Source of the DNA: Amoebidium appalachense
Taxonomy: Eukaryota; Protista; Ichthyosporea
Direction of reading: 5' to 3'
Assembly: GCA_963693365.1 (NCBI GenBank)
Contig: CAVNZM010000004.1
Location: 3,338,047-3,402,046 of the forward strand
DNA: 64,000 bases
The translations under genes and the position numbers were made by a program. The notes beneath the pieces were generated by a model. The model did not search any database. It was not told the origin of the DNA and saw nothing but the letters and a program-made list of their open reading frames with translations. Of this stretch, positions 51,257 to 64,000 are shown one piece after another. Each line of letters starts with the position of its first letter. The first letter of the stretch is position 1.

Positions 51257-52946
51257 AAACAGTGGGTGTGGGTTGGGTGGAGAGAGAATGCTTTGGGGTT
51301 TTTTTGCTTGAAGAAATGTATAGAGAGGGGATGCCGTGGGGGGTTTTTGCTCGTAAAAGTGGAAGAAATTTGCTTTGGGGCCATTTTGCTTGAAAAAGTG
51401 CCAATCCACACTCACTTCTCATTTTACTGCATGCTGTGTTTGACTTCTAGTAGTAACCCTAGTGTGTGCATGGTTCGGATGGTGGGTGGTGGTGGTGAGG
51501 ATGTTTCAGTTATGGGATTAGTATGGTTGGGTGTGAGTTTGAGGAAGTTGGTATAATGTATTTCATGTTTTAGCGAGGTACATATACTGAATCATCTTCT
51601 AATGTTTCGAATAGTTTAAGCCTCCACGCTTGCATAGGCCATACATTTGGGATATATTACCAATGAGTAGGGTTAAAGCATGATAATTGTTTCGTATGTG
51701 GAATGTGCGCATGTGGGGCCCTGCAGGGTTTCTTACGTAAGATGCATTAGGGACTTACCATCTCTGTTCAACTTGGTTTGTGATGCTGGTTGTACATGTA
51801 TTTCGAATGTCGTGCGTGCATAAAGGAAAACACAAACAAATGGTATTTTTGCGCAAGTAGTCAATGCAAATGACCCAGATACCGGTTAGCTATGTACTTT
51901 GTTACATGTTATATGGAAGTGGCTTGGTTTTATATGGTGGATAAACCACTGACCATATATCAGGTCATAGTTTTCCTACATACATGTATTTCAGACTGCA
52001 TTAAATGGCAAATTAGCAGCGATGTAGGTCATGTAGCCATTGGATTTCATGGAAGTGCCACGGTAATAAAATGCTTATGTCCCTGTGACACCAATGTACG
52101 ATGTAAGGGAATCATGAAACCAACGCAGGACATGTACAAGTATTAACATCACTTGAAAAGGGGCCCTTTTGTACATAGTTTTTTTGAATGGCCTATGTAC
52201 ACTGTGGCAAAGCACGCACGTGCACACGCGTAAGGTTTACTGCGTCATCAAACCCCCTTCCCCCCGCGCTCCCCCCCCCCCCCCCCCCTCCCCTCCCCCC
52301 CCCCCCCCCCCCCCCCCTCCCCCCCTTCCCCCTCCTGCCCCTTCACCCTCCCGTCCCTCTCCCCACCATGGCATGTGTGTTTGGCATGGGTAATGGAAAT
52401 GAGCCATAATTTTGACGATACCAGCATGTGCAAGTGTGGGTACCTGTACATCCTCCGGGTTCCTCGTCACTTGTATGTGGAGGGTGAAACATGCAGACTA
52501 TATATTCTTATGCCACGTGTGTGGGTGTTGCACGTGCTTGTGTGTGCAGGGTGACCAGCTTTAACAGAGAGGATGCATATTTGTGATGCGGTGCGCGTGC
52601 GTCCGGGCCTACACGTGCATGTCTGATGATATCGATGTCGTTTGTTTTTTGTACATGTTGCTAATGTCTTGATGTTATACCGTTCGATTCGAAGCTTTTT
52701 AGTCGACGGGTGTTCGCCAATACTATGTAGTGATTGTAGCAGTGTGATAATGGTGTCGACAGCATGCAGCTTGCAATGGCGACAATCATCGTGGTGGTGG
52801 TAATGGCCATGGACCGGGCGTGTACCACCGGGGGGTTGTGTGTGTGTGTGTGTGTGTGTGCCGGCAATTGTAATGGTATGCGCACGCACGCACGCACGCA
52901 TGCGCGTGTGTTTTCTCGCCGGGAAGCTTCTGTTTTTTTTGTGTGT

Positions 52947-53009
<63 letters not shown>

Positions 53010-53473
53010 GGTTGTTTGGCATTGACTTCACTTCCCCAATTCTTCTTCCCCGTTTCTTTTCTACAAACACCTATCAGCCAGGTCCCTTGTCAAAATGCAT
53101 TTAACGATTGGCAGAGCTCCTCACAAAAGCTGAAATATTTACTAATAGTGATACAAATCGTCGAATAGTCAATATACTAACTGTTTTTCTGATGGGAATA
53201 TTGAGCCAACCCTCGTACTCTCGATTAAAGAAAGCCCCCAATAATAAAACTAACGTAAACCACAATGTAACACGAAGCACACTGGCACAGCTGGGGCCTG
53301 GATATACAGACATTTGGATATTCTGGAACTGGAAGTAATCTATTTTTTTGGATTAGAACTTCGTATGTAGTCTAAACCACCTCTGCAAACTCAAATGTAC
53401 TAGCTGTGCGCATTAAAAACCCTGAAACAGTACCTGAATGCAGCATCCTTACAACATGGCCCAACAAACCTGT

Positions 53474-53715
53474 GGCATTTCTATGCGTTTTGGGGTAAAT
53501 CCGAATACCCCGTATATCTCTATGTTTTTGGTAAATCCGAATATCCGTATATATCTGTGTTTTGGGTAAATCCGAATATCCCGTATACCTCTGCGTTCTG
53601 GGTAATCATGTATCATAATACCCGAATATCCCGTATACATATCATATCTCATATTATAAATAACTCTAAATCACCTGTATATCCCGTATATCCCGGTGTA
53701 TTTTGGGTATATCTG
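53474..53715. repeat. Short degenerate repeat cluster (GGGTAAATCCGAATATCCCGTATA, 3-5 copies)
   Basis: Direct reading; may be a decayed non-autonomous transposon. Confidence 0.6.
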
Positions 53716-53720
53716 CCCGC

Positions 53721-60480
<6,760 letters not shown>

Positions 60481-61570
60481 TGGGCAGGAATGTAATTTCA
60501 AGGAGGGGTTGAAGCATGACCAAAAGATGCTCACTACTGCATGCACTCAGAGATGCCGTTAAACGACCGGGGAAATTCTGAAGATGTTAAAAAACAACAG
60601 GCACGCACTGCAAACCAGGTCAGATATAAGACCACATATACACACACAAACACATGTACACACACAAAAACGGGCACAATGACACTGACAAACAGACGCA
60701 TACAGATCTTCACGTTCTCATGTTCCCCACAGAGCTAGATCTGGAAGAATGTCCATTTGAGAAATGGCTACGTGATAGAACGCACCTCCACAGTGCCCTG
60801 GTGATAGGAGCCGGCCTCAAATTGCTCCACAAATAGCCGCACGCCCTCTCGCCACAGCCGAGCCACGTCCCCCTTTATCAGCGGCATTGTTTTAGAATGT
60901 ATACCCAGTTCCTGTGTCTAAGTAGCCCAAGAAAACAGTTATTGCTTTGAACTAAAGGTATTTGGGAAAAGGGTTGCCGAGAAAGTGTGAAAGCTTCCAT
61001 AGATAGCTCTCTTTTGAGAGTTAGTTTTCTCGTCCCATCTGTGCGCTTGAACTTGAAACACGACTCGTGTAAGAGAGCTTTGGAGAGATGGCCTGGCCAT
61101 GGGCAGGCTGCTGGGGGCCGGCTCCTTTTGTGATTGGTTGAGAATAAAAAATGGCGGGAAAAATTGTGATAGCCAAATATGTTTATGTTTGAACAATTTC
61201 CATTGGTCAACGGACCTTGCAACGTTGCAAGTCTAGAGTGAAGCAGCTGTTTGCGTAATCAAGGTCTACGGGGATCCACCGCCGTCTTCATGATCAAGAC
61301 GGACTGTCTGCGCTCAGTCAACTTCGAAAAGTAAGCAGAAGAACTTCGGGGAAGCAGAAACCCAAAATAACCCGACAATTTCATGCCTGCCTAATGTTAT
61401 TCTCAATTGTACATGGTGAGCGACTTATTCTTTTGTTCCTAGCAACTTCAACACACGCCACACAGCTACAAGCACTGGATTCCATGTCCTTCGAGTTCAG
61501 TTTGGCACCTGCACACATCGTTCAACAACCCTAGCACTCTTCTATTACAACCCTAGAGCAACGCATCGAA

Positions 61571-61861
61571 ATGGGTGTGGTTAAGCAATTCTCTCTAATT
61601 CTTCTCTGCTGTCTTATGTACGGTTCAAACCCGGACGAGGCCTCGTTCCGCACCTTCCTTGAGCAACACCTGAAGCGAAGAGGGAGTGGTTGGCTGCAAA
61701 GAAATCTTCTTGCCGTGGCAACAACATTGGCAACCAAAAGACAGGATTATCTTCTGTTTTCACTGGTGGTGGATAACGAGGACAAGACGGTGTATGTGGG
61801 TGCGCTCTACAACTGGCTCGCCATCGACATGCGTCCGCTTATTGATTTCCTGGAACGATGA
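61571..61861 (+). CDS. Small intronless protein with N-terminal signal/anchor, DUF4359-like (96 aa)
   Basis: Hydrophobic N-terminus followed by SNPDEASF, then RQDYLLFSLV and VYVGALYNW, resembling the TNP..R.NYLxFS..G.L.NF pattern recalled for DUF4359-type proteins. Confidence 0.6.
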   Translation: MGVVKQFSLILLCCLMYGSNPDEASFRTFLEQHLKRRGSGWLQRNLLAVATTLATKRQDYLLFSLVVDNEDKTVYVGALYNWLAIDMRPLIDFLER

Positions 61862-62182
61862 GTAGCCATGTTTTTTGTGTGCTTCCTTTCGTGCTCAGGA
61901 ACGGCATGGGACCAGTCCAGGGCAAAGTTTTTGTAGCTACCAGCCTGCAACTCAATTATAATTAATTATGTACATAGACCACGTTTTTTGCCGGATAAAA
62001 GTTTTTACATACAGAGCGCGTGGTCGTGAACCTCCGATATTCCTTAGGACTAAGCAAGCTGGAAAAGTGGTTGTTTTATCTATGTACTCGCCTTTCAATC
62101 GGTGTGTGTAAAAACTGCTCAACAACTGGATGTCTTGGAGTAATAATATTGCTACTACTAAATAATATTGCTACTACTAGCC

Positions 62183-62231
<49 letters not shown>

Positions 62232-62608
62232 CCGCCGCCGAGTTCTCAAAAAACCAACAAAAAAAGGAACGAGAAAGCTCCTTTAGCACTTCTTCTTGGG
62301 TCAAGCATGCATGCGAAATAAAAACACCATGTGGTCATATCATTCCCCATTTGAGTCAAGTCCTATTGATCGATCGAGTAGTTTTTCGAGTTGGGTAATC
62401 GTTTCGGTTGATACATAAGCTACAGATTCTGTTTTCTTTCTATCATCCCCCCTTCCCCTCCCCTCCCCCCTTCTTCCCCTCCTCAACCTTTCTCGCCCTC
62501 CCCCCCCCTCCCCAGTTCACACCGTTTTACTCATCCCCACTCCAGCTCACTCTGGCAGCAGCCGCTGCAGCCCCTTCGAGCTTCAAGCCCCCCTTTCCCC
62601 CTCCCTCT

Positions 62609-62644
<36 letters not shown>

Positions 62645-62814
62645 CCCCCCCCGCAAAACCCCGCACCCTCCACACACTAAGCAGGCCCAACCATTTGTAC
62701 TACCACCTCTACAACTAGTCCACTCTCCATCCTTATCGAATTTCTTCGGCACGTGGGTACGGAACCCCAACAGCCATCGAGTAGCTAACCTGCAGAAGCA
62801 GTTCTAAACTTTAT

Positions 62815-62853
<39 letters not shown>

Positions 62854-64000
62854 CCACCCGTCCCTTCCCCCCTCCCCCCCACACACCCACACATGTAATC
62901 ACGAAACACACACGCTGCGGGAGAAGTGGACCGTCTGCGCGGCCGCAGGCAGGTGCCGTAAGGGTAGTCTCCAAGGCTATGTACCCACTGGCTTACGTAA
63001 GTGGCTGAGCACTACGCCGCGGGACGGCGACATACAAGGTATGTTGAGCCGGGCCGCAGGGAGACAGCACTCAAAGTGACTTCCGCAGGGTTCGTTCCGA
63101 ACTTCCAGGGTGTGACTGAGCTCCTGTTGATTGGTGGAGAAGGCACCCTTAGTCTAATTGCTCTTGAGGTTCATAACTTTGTTTTTATACATAATAGAGG
63201 CTCGATGTAAAAGACCTTTGAGTTGAAATAGGCAAACAATATTATGTACATCATAGTACCCACCCACTTATGGCACAAAAACTCTCAAAACGGGGCTCGG
63301 GTGAGGTGCGGATTGCACGGATGAAACATGGCATGATTCATCAATCATCACCCCGCACCCGGCCCATGGGTTATGCATATAACTTCTGGAATCTCCAACT
63401 AACCAATCAAAGAGCACTATAGATCCAAGAAGAAATGTTGCGGTTAGCAATGCATGATAAAAAGCCAAAGGAATGGGTGCTTGCGTTCTTCCTATACCCC
63501 GTCGTTATAAATGGATCTAAATTTGCTTTTTCTATTTTTTATAATGACTTTATTGATGCTTCTCTGCAAAATGTGTACAGCTAGATTTATCTGACGATAA
63601 GTTTCCAAAAGATACAAAAAGTCGATTAAATTATGGCCCATTTCTATATTGTTTTTAAAAATGTAATTCTATGATTCATTTTATACCTTTTTATAATTTG
63701 TAAACATGCTTTTCTCCAAGCTAAAGGCTTTTGGGAGGTGGTAAATTTGTAAAACCCACCACTAACAGGATTTTGCCTGCCATAAAAGGGGAGACGAAAA
63801 GCACATGCCCATAGAAAACTCCTATTGGATACAAAATAAGATCATGATGTATTTGATTGGTATTAGCAAACAAAATAGCTAAACAAGGTAACTTCGTAAG
63901 GGTCATATCACGCAAGTTTATTCTCTTCATTGTTAGCCAATCAAAATCGGCTAAGCAAACAGCTGGATCTTCTGCCGTTTCAGCACTGGCCCACAAAGCA

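Noticed and set aside
62900-64000. Minus-strand ORF fragments 63268-63468 and 63721-63996
   Set aside because: They may be exons of a gene entering from beyond the window, but no reliable splice model or homology is visible.

Overview
Eukaryotic genomic DNA with microsatellite- and poly-G/C-rich spliceosomal introns (GT-AG, CTAAC branch points). An opisthokont protist, possibly an ichthyosporean, is inferred but not proven. The window has two halves. (1) About 1-24 kb is accessory, virus-like and repeat-rich: intronless ORFs including an SPPY-type amino DNA methyltransferase next to two catalytically altered PD-(D/E)xK-like paralogs, spaced by a dispersed hairpin repeat; several satellites, with one family in inverted orientation around a 615-aa orphan ORF; a CxxC-rich membrane protein; a young non-autonomous Ty3/Gypsy-type LTR element (480-bp LTRs, CTTAC TSD, tRNA-Ser-like PBS); an 8-exon KDM4-like JmjC gene with an unrecognised N-terminal domain; and a 2.3-kb fold-back palindrome plus GGCC-rich filler at the boundary. 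(2) About 24-64 kb is host-type DNA: a 3-exon hypothetical gene, a 28-exon dynactin p150Glued (DCTN1) gene hosting a tRNA-Ser(UGA), two MITEs and an 18-fold tandem splice-acceptor array, a multi-exon unknown gene on the minus strand, and a small DUF4359-like gene. All calls were made by eye, with no database searches.
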